Positions 1-14,142 of a stretch of 64,000 nt of DNA are shown here, piece after piece. Made by a program: the position numbers and the translations under genes. Below the pieces are notes generated by a model that was not told the origin of the DNA, did no database searches, and saw nothing but the letters and a program-made list of their open reading frames with translations. The first letter of the stretch is position 1. Each line of letters opens with the position of its first letter. The DNA comes from Strigamia acuminata (taxonomy: Eukaryota). The DNA is taken from positions 3,596,001 through 3,660,000 of the forward strand of contig OX442314.1 in the NCBI GenBank assembly GCA_949358305.1. Reading direction: 5' to 3'.

Positions 1-76
1 ATAATCAGTGATGACCAGACTCGACAAAAAAATCGAAAAATAAAATTCGAAAAAATAACATGAAATGAAATTTAAG

Positions 77-3000
77 TTATGTGACCGATTCTTCGACGAC
101 TCGCTGCTTGCGAGCAAAAGAGAGAAAAACTTGTTCCAGAGTTGCCTGACTCACGGAATAGTCTTCGAGATTAAACAGCGCTTTCGCCTTCTCCATCGAC
201 TCGAAGAGGTACGCCCATTTGGTCTCCACGTCCTTAATTTGGTAATGCACGAGTCCCTAAAACAAATGAATATAACTTAATACACAGTTTGCGGCAGCTA
301 CTTTTCCCTTATGCCGGGACTACTCGATTAAACGCCGGGCACTCAGCGGCAAGTTCAGCAATTGTCGGTGGCATCGAATAAACGCCGGGTTCCAAAAATG
401 GGTGATTTTTCGCAAAAAGTCGAAGATTTTTGCGAAAGAATGAGCATTTTAAGCAAAAAAAATCATCATTTTTAGCAAAAAACCATCATTTTAAACGGAA
501 AATCGGCGATTTTTAACAAAAAAAATCATCATTTTTAGCAAAAAAACCTCATTTTTTAGCAAAAAGTCATCATTTTAAACGGAAAATCGGCTGTTTTTAG
601 CAAAAAAATCATCATTTTTAGCCATAAATCATCATTTTAAACGAAAAATCGGCTGTTTTTAGCAAAAAAATCATCATTTTTAGCCATAAATCATCATTTT
701 TAGCCAAAAATGATCATTTAAAACGAAAAATCGGCGATTTTTAGCAAAAAAATCATCATTTTTAGCCATAAATTATGATTTTTGGCTAAAAATGATAATC
801 GTCATTTTAAACAAAAAATCGGCAATTTTTAGCAAAAAATCGTCATTTTTAGCAAAAAATCATAATTTTAAACGAAAAATCGGCGATTTTTAGCAAATAA
901 TCGGCGATTTTTCAGTTATGAGCCGGGCCTCGAATAAGTGCCAGGTGGGGCGAGTCGAAGAAACTATTAAACGCCCCGGCGTTTATTCGAGGCAGTACAG
1001 TATATTTCAAATTTCAGAAAGTAGATCCCGTTTGTTTATAAGAAAAATAAATAAAAACATCGTTTGGAGATCAAAATTGATCCTAGGTAAATGACACAAT
1101 GTTAATTTAAATCTTTTTTTTTTATCTTACTTGGTGTATGTCCTGAAGAACGGCACTTGGAAATGTCTGCTCAATGTATGTCTGTAATTCCGTCTGCTTA
1201 TTTGTCATTAGATTGATGGTCGAACTAGCACCGGGCTTGAGTTTGGCTAAAACTGTAAATCCCTGACTGAATTTGTTCTTCAGATGCTGGATCGGACCAA
1301 AACACTGGAACTGACCGTTCACCATAATGCCCACTCTGTTGCAGAGCACTTCACATTCCTCCATACTAGAAAATTTGTCCAAAATTAGTCCAAAATTTCA
1401 TCACTATCATTCACTACATTCATTTACCTATGCGAAGTCAAAACAACCGATATTCCCCGCCCGTTAGCGCTTCTTAGAATGTCCCATATTTTTCTCCTGG
1501 CGACCGGGTCCACTCCGGTCGTGGGCTCATCCAAAAATACGACCGGCGGATCTCCGATGAATCCCATGGCTGCACTCAGTTTTCTTTTATTTCCACCGCT
1601 AAATAAATAATTTTTTTTTAAAATAACTTTGTTCTAATCAGTTAAGTCTCTTTATTTCGAATACCTGTAGAAAAGCGTGATTTTATCGGCATGCTCGGTG
1701 AGGTCAAAGTCCACGATGTACTGATCGACAACCGCCTTTATTTGGGAACTGCAAATTCCACGAAGGTGAGCAAAAACGGTGAGGATTTCTCGTCCGGTCA
1801 AGTAATCGATGAGCGCATCAAATTGCGGGCAATAGCCAACTTGCTTTAAAAACTAAACCAAATATAGTTAGGTTAATGCACTTGGATGGATGAAAAACCT
1901 ATCGGGGCTTACTTGTCCTCGCTTGTGCCGTACACTAGACCTGTTAATGTAAGCATCGCCGTGAGTGATGACCAAGTCGCCGGTAAGCATTTGAAATGTG
2001 GTCGTTTTGCCAGCGCCGTTAATTCCCAGCAGGCCAAAACATTCGGCGAAATGAACACCAAAACTCAAATCGTCAACGGCTGCAAAGTTGGAGAATACTT
2101 TCCTCAAGTCCTGCACCACCATAACATCGGTGTCGATGATGTCTGTATGGAAACGAAAAATGCTCTACAACTTTTCAATTGACATTGTTTCCTTTTAACG
2201 TTTGGAACAAACACCTTTCATTTACTTGTTAGTACAAGACAACCCTTGCTATTGCCATCAAACAGTTGGTGATAACCAGAATTCATTGTATACTCTTTCC
2301 GAACTCAAGAAGAGCCCTGGAAGCTGGGCTCCCATTGGCCTACTTGGAACTGCAATGCAACTACTGCTACACTAGTGAGATAGCTCGGCCAATGGGAGCC
2401 CAGCTTCCAGGGCTCTTCTTGAGTTCGGAAAGAGTATAGTGAAATAATTTGTAATGGGAGAAATTTTTGTCAGCAATTACAATTTCGGTTTTTCGTTCGT
2501 TACATTTGTTTAATGTAACACAACCCAGTCTAAAGGTGGAAACACAAGGGAGCGGGTAAAATTCCAAAGCTTGCTAGCACAAGTTTAATGAGGGAGTCAT
2601 TTACAAGCTCACTTGACCCCACTTTTGGCTTACCAGCTTAACTGGCAAACTCAAGCTAGCTACCGTCTTCCCCCAAAATCTCCTCTAAGAATTTCCTCAC
2701 GATTCTGATTGGCTGTCAAAGTCACATGACCAAAACGCCAGCAAGCTTGAAGCTGGTCAACCGAATTCAGTTTGATCGGAGCGGGTGAGTACAAGATCGC
2801 TTCAAAACAAACCTTTGAATAAAAACGCAAGCTTGTGTTTGCTCAAGCAGGTGAGTTTTTAGCCGCTTTTTCAAGTAAAAGCAAGTTTTTAAATTTTACC
2901 CGCTCCCTTGTGTTTCCACCTTTAGAAGCCCTGGTGTAGTTCACACTTAAATCACTTTTGTACAAAGTCTAATTTCTACACGTTTGTTCTGACGTGTAGA

Positions 3001-6000
3001 AAAGCAATAACGTAAACATAAATAACTCACTTGGATCGTGAATTCGCCGCTTTTCCGCAAGCACATCTTCATCTAACGCATTTCCCAGTCCGTCGAACGT
3101 GTTGACATTGTTTCTATTTCCAATCAATTGGTTTTTTCCCCGGCGAATTTTATACCAAAGCGTGTAGAAAACTCCCTGTTCGATGAGCGCCAAAATACCG
3201 AAATATAACACTCCGGTCACAGCCATCATGGTAACTTCCTGACTAATTCCGCTATCCCACTTAAAATAATCAGGCTTCACAGGAGGCAAACCAGTCAAAC
3301 CCCCAAAGATTTCATTGAAAGATGAAATCTGAACCATTTTCATCAATGCCACGGTCACGGTGAAATTCGGTACAAGCCGAAACAGCCACTGAACGTCTCG
3401 TGCAATGTCCTTCAACGAATCGGAGCCGTATTGTTGGAACGTGTTGATGGTGATGCTCAAAGTGATGCCGGCTAACAAGTTGGCAATCGTCAGACGGCTG
3501 AATCCCGTTGCCGGAACCTTGGCCATGAACGACACGATGTAGGTAAAGGGAATCGAACACCAGCCGTACAATATGAGCAGTAAAATCACAATTCCTGCAA
3601 ATTAAACACAATCAACTGAATAATTGTATGGGACAATGTCGTCGATGTTCAAAACGGCACAAATTTTGAATTTAGTAATCTAACTACCATCTTCACACCG
3701 AAAATAACACCATGGTGTTGTATTCGAGTAATCGAGTTATGCTAGAAATGGCAATTTTGTAAACATAGATCAAATATTCGAATATAACACCACTTCAGCT
3801 TTCACACCATGGTGTTGTATTTGTTATATTCAAGTTTTTTATTGTTTTCGAATACACCATGGTGTTATGTTCAAATTTTTATAAAAAGATTTAGAACGTA
3901 CAGTATATGCATCCAAAATGTGCACTGGATAAAGTTAATTTTACATATTAGACATAACACATTTATTTATTGAAGGTGTGTTGTGCAGTACTGCCAACAG
4001 AGTTGTTTAGAAATGTGTGAATTCAAGTTAGTTAGTGTTAGGTTAGGTTTTTACTTTTATAACAAACTTACATGATATTGAATGAATATAAGACCATGAT
4101 GTTAAATTCGAATACAACACCATGGTCTTATTTTCGGTCGAAGATGGTAGGCAAAACAAGCAATAAAAAACTAAACCTTTGTTTACCTACCAAAAAAAAA
4201 CCAAACTATGCTAACATTGTTTGATTGATTAAAAGTGGAAAAAGCTTACTTTGCAAATTATAAAATAAATAAAATCCATCATTCTAATCACTTTTTAAAC
4301 TAAAATACATTGAAAATAAACAGAACTACTTTTCCGCATTGTAGAGCACAGACCACAGTTAGGCGTAAACTGGCTTAGCCAATAGGAATTAGGAAAACGT
4401 TGTGGTGGTTTTGAGGAAAGGCACAGTTCCTAGGACCTACAAACTAGCAGAGATTCAGGAGGCATCCATAAAAAATTGTAATACATGTGCGGTAAAAATT
4501 TCAGACAAATGCTTCTAAAAATCAAAGTGCCTAGAATCTACGAAGGTCTTAAAGTGGCCCTGGGAGTGTGCGCCTGCCTCTCTCATCCTGAGAGAAAGCT
4601 TACTTGCTCAACATTCTTGCCAGTGGGAATCAGCGTTGACAGACGATCAGCCGCAATTAAGTCGATAAACATTACTGCCAACTTAACAGGTGCACTCTTT
4701 GCTTTATTCTATGGAAAATCAATCTCACCTTAGTCAAACGGCTCACCTTAAAGGTAGGTTCACACTTGTGTTCACACTAGACCCAACGCAAGAAAACTGA
4801 CGCAACGCAAGCTGCTTGCGTGCAAAATTCTTGACATTGAAGCCAATTCCTGCTTTAACTCCAAGTTGAAGTAAACGACGCAACGCAAGAAAAGGTCTTG
4901 CAGCCAACCAATCACGATCAACACCAATCACGATCGACTCATCGATTCACGTCTGGTTGGCGAGACTTTGCCACATCCAAGCAAGCTGCTATTTTCGGAT
5001 TCTGGAACTAGTTCTAGAACTAGATCCAATTCCAGGTTTCATTGAAACCATCTGATCGGCCAGACGCAACATCAATTGTTTCAGCTCTGTCTAAACGTGC
5101 CATACAGTGTGAACAGACTCTGCATTGCATTTGATTAATTTTTCCTTGCATTGCTTTGCATCGCCCCTAGTGTGAACACAAGTGTGAACCTAGCTTAACC
5201 CAGTGGTTCTTAACCTTTTTGGAGAGTCCAGCACCCCCTTGGATGCATAAAAACCACTGGCCTACTCCTTTCCTAAATACAATAATATTTCCTTTAAAAA
5301 TTGAAACTAAATAAGACGTTACCAGTTTTCTCTCCGCCAGTGAACGTCCCCGTCTGGTCTACGGTGGAAAAAAGTATCATGAGCAAAACGGAGCAAACAA
5401 TGTGCGTAGCATAATCCCAAACGAAAGAAGCGGCCCAGAAAACAGCGCCGTCGACGCCGGTCATGAGTTGCAGATGTTTGGACTTGGTGGCCCGCTCGTG
5501 GATCGGAAACACGATGAACGACGAAGAGAGAAACGAAAGCCCGACCGGCACAAACACGCCCAGCATGATCGACTTCACCATCTGTATGATGGCGGCGATG
5601 GGGAAGTTGCTCTTCTGGTCCGTCTCCAAAGGCGCGTTCTCGACGACCAACGACACGTTTTCCGTCTTGTTGTAATGTCTCGCCATCGCGTTGTGCAACA
5701 AATTGAGCGCTAGCGGTTCGGTGTGGTAGAAGAGCCCGTTGTACCACAAGTTCATCTTGGTTTTGTCGCCGGACTCGCTGAAATTGGCTCCGACGATGTA
5801 TTTGTTGGAATAATCGATGAAGTGCTTCTGGCTGAGTTCCTTCAGGTAGTCCATGGCGTCGCCGCTGACGTTGACGAACGTGGTGTCTGTCGGGAACGAG
5901 GAATGGTAATAGTATTCGTAATCTTCGTTGAGGTTTTTTTGGAAAACCGTGGTGGCGCCGTACTGCGATATGTCCATGGTTAATGCGGGTAAGGAGGTGG

Positions 6001-9000
6001 GAGTTAAATCCAGTCTGTTGTTGACTATCAGGACGGTTGTTATCATTATGACTGGTAAAAGAATCTGTTGAAATAGAATAAGTTAAATTATATGAATTGT
6101 TGAATTATAATTTCATATAATATTCATATATATTTCAATATATGTCAATTATATTGAAATTGTTGAAATAATAATAATATTGTTGAAATTGTATTTTTTA
6201 TTGGTGAAATTGTATTTTTTATTGTTGAAATTGTATTTTTTATTGTTGAAATTGTATTTTTTATTGTTGAAATTGTATTTTTTATTGTTAAAATTGTATA
6301 TTTTATTGTTGAAATTGTATTTTTTATTGTTAAAATTTTATTTTTTATTGTTGAAATTGAAATCGCCAATTTGGCACAAAATCTTTTAAAAATCGCCAAT
6401 TTGGGACAAAATCCTTTAAAATCGCCAATTTGAGACAAAATCTTTTAAAAATCGCCAATTTGGGACAAAATCTTTTAAAAATCGCCAATTTGGGACAAAA
6501 TCTTTTAAAAATCGCCAATTTGGGACAAAATCTTTTAAAAATCGCCAATTTGGGACAAAATCTTTTAAAAATCGCCAATTTGGGACAAAATCTTTTAAAA
6601 ATCGCCAATTTGGGACAAAATCTTTTAAAAATCGCCAATTTGGGACAAAATCTTTTAAAAATCGCCAATTTAGCACAAAATCTTTTAAAAATCGCCAATT
6701 TAGGACAAAATCTTTTAAAAATCACCAATTTGGGACAAAATCTTTTAAAAATCGCCAATTGGGAGCTCGTCTATGCAGTCCCCATTTAATGGTTATGCCC
6801 ATCTTCGATTTGATCATCGCCAATTTTTTCTTACTTGAGCTAACAGCAAGACCCAACGGCGTTTCGAATAATACCATCGTTTCAAGAGCAACGCCGTAAA
6901 CGGTTGCATCCACGAATTAAAACCCGTTGATCGTTGGATGCCGCTCACTCCGTTTCCAACTGCAACTGCAAAAATCAAATTTAAAAAAACAACACTTTAT
7001 TTATTATTATTTTTTACAATATATTTACCATAATTACCAGTATAATGAAGTAAATTAGCGTTCGATTGATTTTGCTGGATCACGCCGTTGTTGACGCTGC
7101 TGCCGCTGCTTTCCTTGACGCTTTCGCCAACCTTGAGAAAAACTTCTTCCATCGTGGTGACGCAAATGCCGAAGTTATTCATGCCGAGTTTTGGCGCGTT
7201 TGATTCGAGGTGCTTAAACATGTCGGCGAATGTGTTCGAGGATTCCGAAGGAAGGATGAGACTTAGTTCGGTCGCGTTGTCGGATTTGATCACGACTCCC
7301 GGAACGTGTTGCTGCACCAACGCGCAAATGCGGTTTACATCGCAATGGTCGGCTTTGCTGATATTCAAATGGTATCCGGCACCTAGAAATTAATCGTTTG
7401 GAAAATGTAATGGCATTTTTAAACGTGTGCTAAATAAACATGGAAAACCATTAAAAAGTACTGAATAAATGTTGACAAATGTTGAATAAATATCGAAGTG
7501 TGTTGGATAAATTTTGAGAAATGAAAAATAAATGGTGGGAAACGTAGAATAAACGTTAAGAAACATTGGAAAGCATTGGAAAACATTGAAAAAACATTGA
7601 AAACGTTTGAAAATATTGAAAAACATTGATAAAACATTGAAAAACATAGATAAAACATTGAAAAAACATTGAAAACGTTGGAAAATATTGAAAATCATTA
7701 ATAAGACATTGAAAACGTTAGAAAATACTAAAAAACATTGATAAAACATTGAAAAAACATTAAAAACGTTGGAAAACATTGGAAAACATTGAAAAAACAT
7801 TGGATAACATTGAAAAAACATTGGAAAACATTGAAAAAACATTGAAAAAGTTGGAAAAACATTGGAAAACATTGAAAAAACATTGAAAACGTTGGAAAAT
7901 ATTGAAAAAACATTGAAAACGTTGGAAAATATTGAAAATCATTAATAAAACATTGAAAAAACATTGATAACATTGGGAAACATTGAAAAAACATTAAAAA
8001 ACATTGAAAAAACATTGAAAAACATTGAAAAAACATTGAAAAACATTGAAAAAACATTGATAAAACATTGGAAAAACATTGGAAAACATTGAAAAACATT
8101 GGAAAACATTGAAAAAACATTGGAAAACATTGAAAAAACATTGGAAAACATTGAAAAAACATTGATAAAACATTAATAACGTTGGGAAATATTGAAAATC
8201 ATTAATAAAACATTGAAAAAACATTGATAACATTGGGAAACATTGAAAAAACATTGGAAAACATTGAAAAAACATTGGAAAACATTGAAAAAACATTGAT
8301 AAAACATTGAAAAAACATTGAAAAGATTAAATAAGCAAAATTACCGTATCTTTTCTTCAAAAACAACGGAGAACCGCAACACTCAATCTGCCCTCGTGCC
8401 ATAATAGCGATCCTATCGCCCAGCACATCGGCCTCTTCCATAAAATGCGTGCTCAAAATAATGCACCGATCCTTCCTCGCTTCCTGCAGCAACTCCCAGA
8501 TGGCTCTCCTCGCTTCCGGGTCCATCCCCGACGTCGGTTCATCCAACATAACTATCTAAAAACCCAAAAAAAAATCATTCCAAAACTAAAACACAAAAAA
8601 AAAAAAATACTTTTGGATTTCCAATCAGAGCGATTCCCAAATTCAACTTCCGCTTCATTCCGCCGGACAACTGCATGGCAAGCGTGTTCCTCTTGTCCCA
8701 CAGCTGCAGTTTGTGCATCAGGTTTGTCACTTCCGTGTTGAGTTTCTTGGCCGAATTGATCTTGAGTTGTCCGAAAAACTTGAGGTGTTCGACCACCGTG
8801 AGCGTGCTGAACAGCATGTTGTGTTGGGGACACAGGCCGAGGTTCTCGCGAGCGAAGTCGATGTTGGTTCGTATGTCGTATCCGTTCACGATGGCCGTTC
8901 CGCTCGTGGGGGGGAACATTCCCGTCAGAATGGACATCGTGGTGGTTTTCCCGGCGCCGTTGTGACCGAGTAGAGCCGTTATTTGGCCCTCGTAGATGTT

Positions 9001-10975
9001 GAGACTCAAATTGTCCACGGCGGTTTTTCCTTTACCGTAATTCTGGGAATGAGAAAAATTAATTTGGAAAATCAGTTTAAATATTTATGTTTCATGTTTT
9101 ATATGCAAAAAAAAGTGGAAAACGCACTTTTTAGGCACGAAATGACTACAAAAGTAGAAAAATCACTTTTTAGGCGTAAAAATTAAATTTTTTTTAACCT
9201 GAAAATTTATTTTTAAGCAATAAATTCACTTTTCAGATGCTTAAATTTAATTTTTACGTGCAAAAAACCAAATACTTTAACAAAAATCAACTTTTTTCCA
9301 TAAAAATGGCATATTTCCAGTAGAAAAATTCACTTTTAGACGCGTAATCGGCCGTTTTACACCCAAAAATCAAACTTTCCATGTGAAAATAAAATTACTT
9401 TAGTTAAATTTCTTATTGCAATAGCCGTATCGAGACCGCTCGGTTCCTTTTCAAAGTTCATCGAGTTTAAATTATCAACGTCGCCTTCTTCCGAATGCAT
9501 CTGTTCGATTCTGCACCAATAATCCTTCTGCAAAAAAAATAAATAAATAAAATAAAAATAATATAAATAACTTTTCTCAAAAATAATTACCGTGAATAAA
9601 AAATACCAAGGTTTTCCAACCCCATAAATCCCAGGAAACACATTGTCCAAATACCACGTTAAACCGCCATAGAGAAAAATATCGATAATAAACATCATAA
9701 TTATATACGCCATCGTTAGATCGTCGCCTTGGTAACTCGGTTCGTTTAAATTAGTCCAATTAATCCCGATACCTGCAATTATTAATTAGTTTATTCAATA
9801 AAACCCAATTAAACTGAATTAAATTGAAATAACTCACTTCGGCCTTCGAAAGCGACGATAAAGCGAACCGCCCACGCCATCGCCATGTTTGGGAAAATGG
9901 CGACGAGCAGTTTCGATGAAATATTCAAATCGTGGTAGCTTCGAGACATCAAATTGAACGGGATGGAGAAGGTGAGCACCCAGGCGAGCACCCCGATGGC
10001 CGTGGCGATCGTGGCTGCGAAAATTAATTTTAATTTTAATTGTAATTTTGATTTTATTTAGATTTTATTTAGATTTTATTCCGCGTACGTTTTGAAAAGA
10101 AGCAGGAAATGAAGAAACAAAAGAAAATGGCGCTCGTGATGTATAAAACGAAAATAAATAATATTAATTCGGGAGATGAGTAAGATAGGACCGAGTATTC
10201 CTGCAGTTTGGAACACAAAAAGAAGACGATTATAATAGAGCTGATTAGCATCATGACGAATGAACTAATGAACCAGCCGATCCATTGCAGCCAGCCGGGT
10301 AGACCCATCAGTTTCATTAATTCCTGAAACATTAAATTCGACATTTTTAGTATTTTTCAGATTTTGAAAATTTAAAATTGAAAAGGAAAAAATTTAAAAA
10401 AAAAAAACGGAATTTATTCAATTGTGTTGACTCAATGTTTTGATTAAAACGTGTCATTAATAAAGATAAGCAACTGTTGATAGATGAAGGAGATAAAACA
10501 AACTGTAATAGTCTTTTATAAACGAAGTTCTGATAAAATTAAATCAGAATTTCATTTGTTTTTGTTATTTTTCAATTTTTTTTCGTTGATTTTCAATTTT
10601 TTTCAATTTTTCCTCTCCCTAAAAATGATAATTTAATTTATTTCGTAAATAAATAACCTATCACCTTAACACCCATTTCCTTTTCCCCCACAATGTATTT
10701 AATGAGCGTCGGCGAAATAAAGACGAAACTGAGAACGAGAAAAAGCGGCAACGTATTCTGAAGAAAATCTGAAAAACAGTTATCCTTATAATAAGGTGGG
10801 TAGGGAAATTTTTGCGTCGTTATCTAAAAAACAAAAAATAAAATAAATAAATATATCTTTTTTAAAATTTTTTAACTATTTACCTCGAATTGAGACGAAT
10901 CAAAGCTGCTAGAAGTTAATTCCATAAACCGTAAAGCGATATTATGTTGTAGAATCATAAACGTTTCGTAGTTAA
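77..10975 (-). CDS. ABCA-subfamily ABC transporter (ABCA3-like), multi-exon, lacking roughly the first 200 aa including TM1
   Basis: About 17 GT-AG exons; the junctions I checked join in frame. NBD1 GHNGAGKTT / LSGGMKRKL / LDEPTSGMD (8343-9042). NBD2 GINGAGKTT / SGGNKRKLS / LDEPTTGVD (1428-2144). ABCA signatures [29 protein letters not shown] and last exon [17 protein letters not shown] (77-256, stop at 77-79). Confidence 0.92.
310..1002. mobile_element. Degenerate Tc1/mariner(pogo)-like MITE with an internal AAAAAATCATCATTTTTAGC-type tandem array (copy at +14142)
   Basis: CTCGATTAAACGCCGGG near 324 versus CCCGGCGTTTATTCGAG...TACAGTA near 975-1002 form imperfect inverted ends. Confidence 0.5.
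2291..2436. mobile_element. Short hairpin MITE with ~50-bp perfect TIRs and TA flanks (copy at 16433-16578)
   Basis: TACTCTTTCCGAACTCAAGAAGAGCCCTGGAAGCTGGGCTCCCATTGGCC and its exact reverse complement, with TA on both sides. Confidence 0.85.
2533..2922. mobile_element. MITE with ~31-bp TIRs (copy at 16675-17064)
   Basis: AAGGTGGAAACACAAGGGAGCGGGTAAAATT ... AATTTTACCCGCTCCCTTGTGTTTCCACCTT, flanked by TA/TA. Confidence 0.8.
3687..4147. mobile_element. Tc1/mariner-like MITE with TA TSD; its duplicate (17829-18000) is the site interrupted by the Maverick
   Basis: CCATCTTCACACCGAAAATAACACCATGGTGTTGTATTCGA ... TCGAATACAACACCATGGTCTTATTTTCGGTCGAAGATGG, with internal ACACCATGGTGTT palindromes. Confidence 0.75.
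4752..5195. mobile_element. PIF/Harbinger (Tourist-like) MITE with TAA TSD
   Basis: AGGTAGGTTCACACTTGTGTTCACACTAG ... CTAGTGTGAACACAAGTGTGAACCTAGCT; TAA at 4749-4751 and 5196-5198. Confidence 0.8.
6178..6760. repeat. Two adjacent intronic minisatellites: a 21-mer (ATTGTTGAAATTGTATTTTTT, ~9 copies) and a 30-mer (AAAATCGCCAATTTGGGACAAAATCTTTTA, ~13 copies)
   Basis: Tandem periodicity is directly visible. Confidence 0.95.
7560..8325. repeat. Degenerate intronic minisatellite of 10-11-nt AAAACATTG(G/A)A units
   Basis: Directly visible; it produces the spurious MFFQCF ORFs. Confidence 0.95.
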
Positions 10976-12803
10976 CTTTTAAAAAAATATATAAATTATA
11001 AAATTTTAAAAATTTTAAATCCAAATTTCTCTTACTGAAATTCTTTCAATTCTTTCTCTTTCAATTCCAACTTACTGCCTGTAATTGGTTGCAATACACC
11101 GCAGACTAGCAAAAACTGCAAAATATTCTAAAATCTTCACAAAAATCTCTCAAAATCGACAAAAACCATCCAAAAACCTCGAAAAACCTCCCAGAACCTA
11201 TAAAAATATAGAAAAAAAATCACAAAGAATCAATTTCTTTGCAAAAAATGCCAAAAAATTAACCAAAACAAGTAAACACTTATCTGAAATCCTTACATAT
11301 TGACCTAACACCGATCAGGGCTGTTTGTACCAATCAAAATTGCCTAGAAAATAAAATAAAACCAAATTAACACAACAAAATTTTAAAAAAAAACTGAAAA
11401 AAACTGAAAAAACAAATTCCAAAAAATGTAGTTTACCTTCTAAGATGTCCTACCTGGCTAAGGTGCAGTTGGGGGTCGTCAACAGGCATTTGGGCGATCT
11501 GAAATAGCTAGAAAATAAATTTAAAAAATAAAAAACACATCAAAATCAATAAAAAAAAATTGCCAAATTTGGGAAACATTAATTTCCAATACAAACAACA
11601 AAGAACACAACAAATTCCATCAAAAAACCACCGAAATCGTGGCGGTGGAAAAGAACAAATGCTAGAGAAAATAAATAAAAACAACAAAAAACTCATCAAA
11701 TTCCATCAAATACCACCGAAATCGCGAAAAATTATTGCTTAAAACAACCAAACTCACCAGCGAGGCGAGAACGAAACCAACATGGCGGTGTAAAAGAACA
11801 AATGCTGGAGAAAATAAATAAAAACAACAAAAAACTCATCAAATTCCATCAAATACCACCTAAATCGCGAAAAATTATTGCTTAAAACAACCAAACTCAC
11901 CAGCGAGGCGAGAACGAAACCAACATGGCGGTGTAAAAGAACAAATGCTGGAGAAAATAAATAAAAACAACAAAAACCTCATCAAATTCCATCAAAAAAC
12001 CATCGAAATCGTGAAAAATCATCGATCAAAACAACCAAACTCACCGTGTGAGATGTCCCGGGTTCCGCCCAGGCATTTGGACGGGCTGAAATGCCTAGAA
12101 AAGAAATTAAAACAACAAAACACACATCAAATTCCATCCAAATCGTGAAAAACCACAGAAATCGTGAAAAATCATCCCCCAAAACAACCAAACTCACCAG
12201 CGAGGCGAGAACGAAACCAACATGGCGGCGGAGGACAACAATTGCTGGAGGCGCCCCGCTATGCGGTGGCAATCTTGGGAAGGAGGTTAAGGGATGGAGG
12301 AGACGAAATCGAGCTTTCTGCACCAATCGCAGCCGCCAACAGGCCCAAGCCCGCACCCTTTGCCGCTGAATCTAAAGATTTCTTGCACTAGCAAATGATT
12401 ATTTCAATGCTCATTGGCCAGTTTCTCAAATCTCATTCATTCGGTTGGTTACTTATTTTTCCCTCCAAATAGTTTTCTCTTCATTGATTGGTCCTTAAAA
12501 TTCAGTTTCTACTAACTGACACGAGGTGGCGAATAGAGGGCGCTGCTAGAGTAGAAGAGGCGGCAAATTTGAACGCGCGACAAAAACCATCTTTTAGAAA
12601 ACCGCTCATCAGTTGCAGTGGTTGCATAAATAAATAAATGAAATGATAATTGACGTTAATTCTCAATGTTTTTTTTTTATAAATCTCGACGAAATTTTCA
12701 ATGTTTTTGATGAATCTCAAACGGTTTTTGTCAGATTTCTACAATTTTTAGTTCAATTTCTCCAAATTTTTCTCCAATTTCCCCAAATTTTTGTCAAACT
12801 TGC

Positions 12804-13085
12804 CCTAACCTAACGTGCCCTTAACCTAACGTAACCTAACCTAACGTGCCCTTAACCTAACCTAACCTAACGTGCCCTTAACTTAACGTAACGTAACCTA
12901 ACCTAACCTAACCTACCGTAAACTAACCTAACCTAACCTAACGTGCCCTTAACCTAACCTAACCTAACGTGCCCTTAACCTAACGTAACCTAACCTAACC
13001 TAACCTAACCTACCGTAAACTAACCTAACCTAACCTAACGTGCCTTAACGTAACATAACCTTACGTGGTCTTGCCTTAACGTAAC
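12804..13085. repeat. Interstitial (CCTAA)n/(TTAGG)n array interrupted by CGTGCCCTT and CGTAA
   Basis: Visible array; TTAGG is the canonical arthropod telomeric repeat. Confidence 0.85.
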
Positions 13086-14142
13086 GTGTCTTTGTCACAA
13101 AACGTATTTTTGATTGTAAGAATTTTAATTTTTCTAACTTTGAACGAGATTTTAAAATCCAAGTTTTTCGAATTAATTGTTGACAATCTTTGAAGTTTTT
13201 TTCTCAAATTTTTTTCTTTTTTTCTTTCTTTATTTTATTATTTTATTTAATTTGCACAAAAATTATTCCCTTTCTTTCTCTCCTCACAAGTCAACACAAC
13301 AGCCGTCAGTTGAGTTGCCATGGCATTAATCCCCCCTTCCTTTTATTCCCCCTTCCTTTCCCAATTTGGCCCTTTCTCTCTTGCCTCGTCGGTGACCGCA
13401 GCAACTCCGGAAACGAGATCTCAAATGCACTCAAATGAAATGAAATGAAAATTCCAGAAAACAAAAGATCAAACTTTATTCATTTATTCATTTATTCATT
13501 TATTGAATTTATTGCAAGTGGTCAGAATAAAAGTACGTAATATTGTTATCCTTGTGTTTCCAGAACAAAAGCGAAGTTTTCACTAATGAAATGTGTATTA
13601 GAGTCGGCAAATCCAAAACGGACTTGATGGCGTGCAATTGAGCTGTAGTTCGAGTCTTTCAAACTGATTTATTAATATCACCTTTAGAAAAGAAAACATA
13701 TAATGTAAAATTGCTTTCATGCAAAACGATTCAATTTTTAAAATATACTCAACGGTTAATTTTGAAAATCCCAAAGGCCTTAATCGCTGCCTTAATCGAT
13801 TTTCGACATGTTCTCTCGCTACAATGCACACTTGTAACAGATTTGTTGTTTAATTGTCAACATAAATTGTTACACTCAAAAACGGTTTGGTTGTTTTAAC
13901 TAAATGTATCTGTAATCAATGTAAATTCAATATCATGTCTGTATGGACACTTATCATCCAAAAATTAAAGACAAAACCACAATCAAAATAAGAAACAAGC
14001 TGTTCAAATATAAGTATCATTTTTAATGATCACGTCATAAATAAATATCGTATAGCGGTAACAGTTTTATAAATGCTCTGATAAAACAATGACATTAAAT
14101 AGAAATTTTAAAAATTATACACATTAATGTGCGTTTGTTCAC

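Noticed and set aside
6145..8325. Many repetitive ORFs ([15 protein letters not shown]...)
   Set aside because: Translations of intronic minisatellites.
12804..13085. True telomere
   Set aside because: Short, degenerate and internal.
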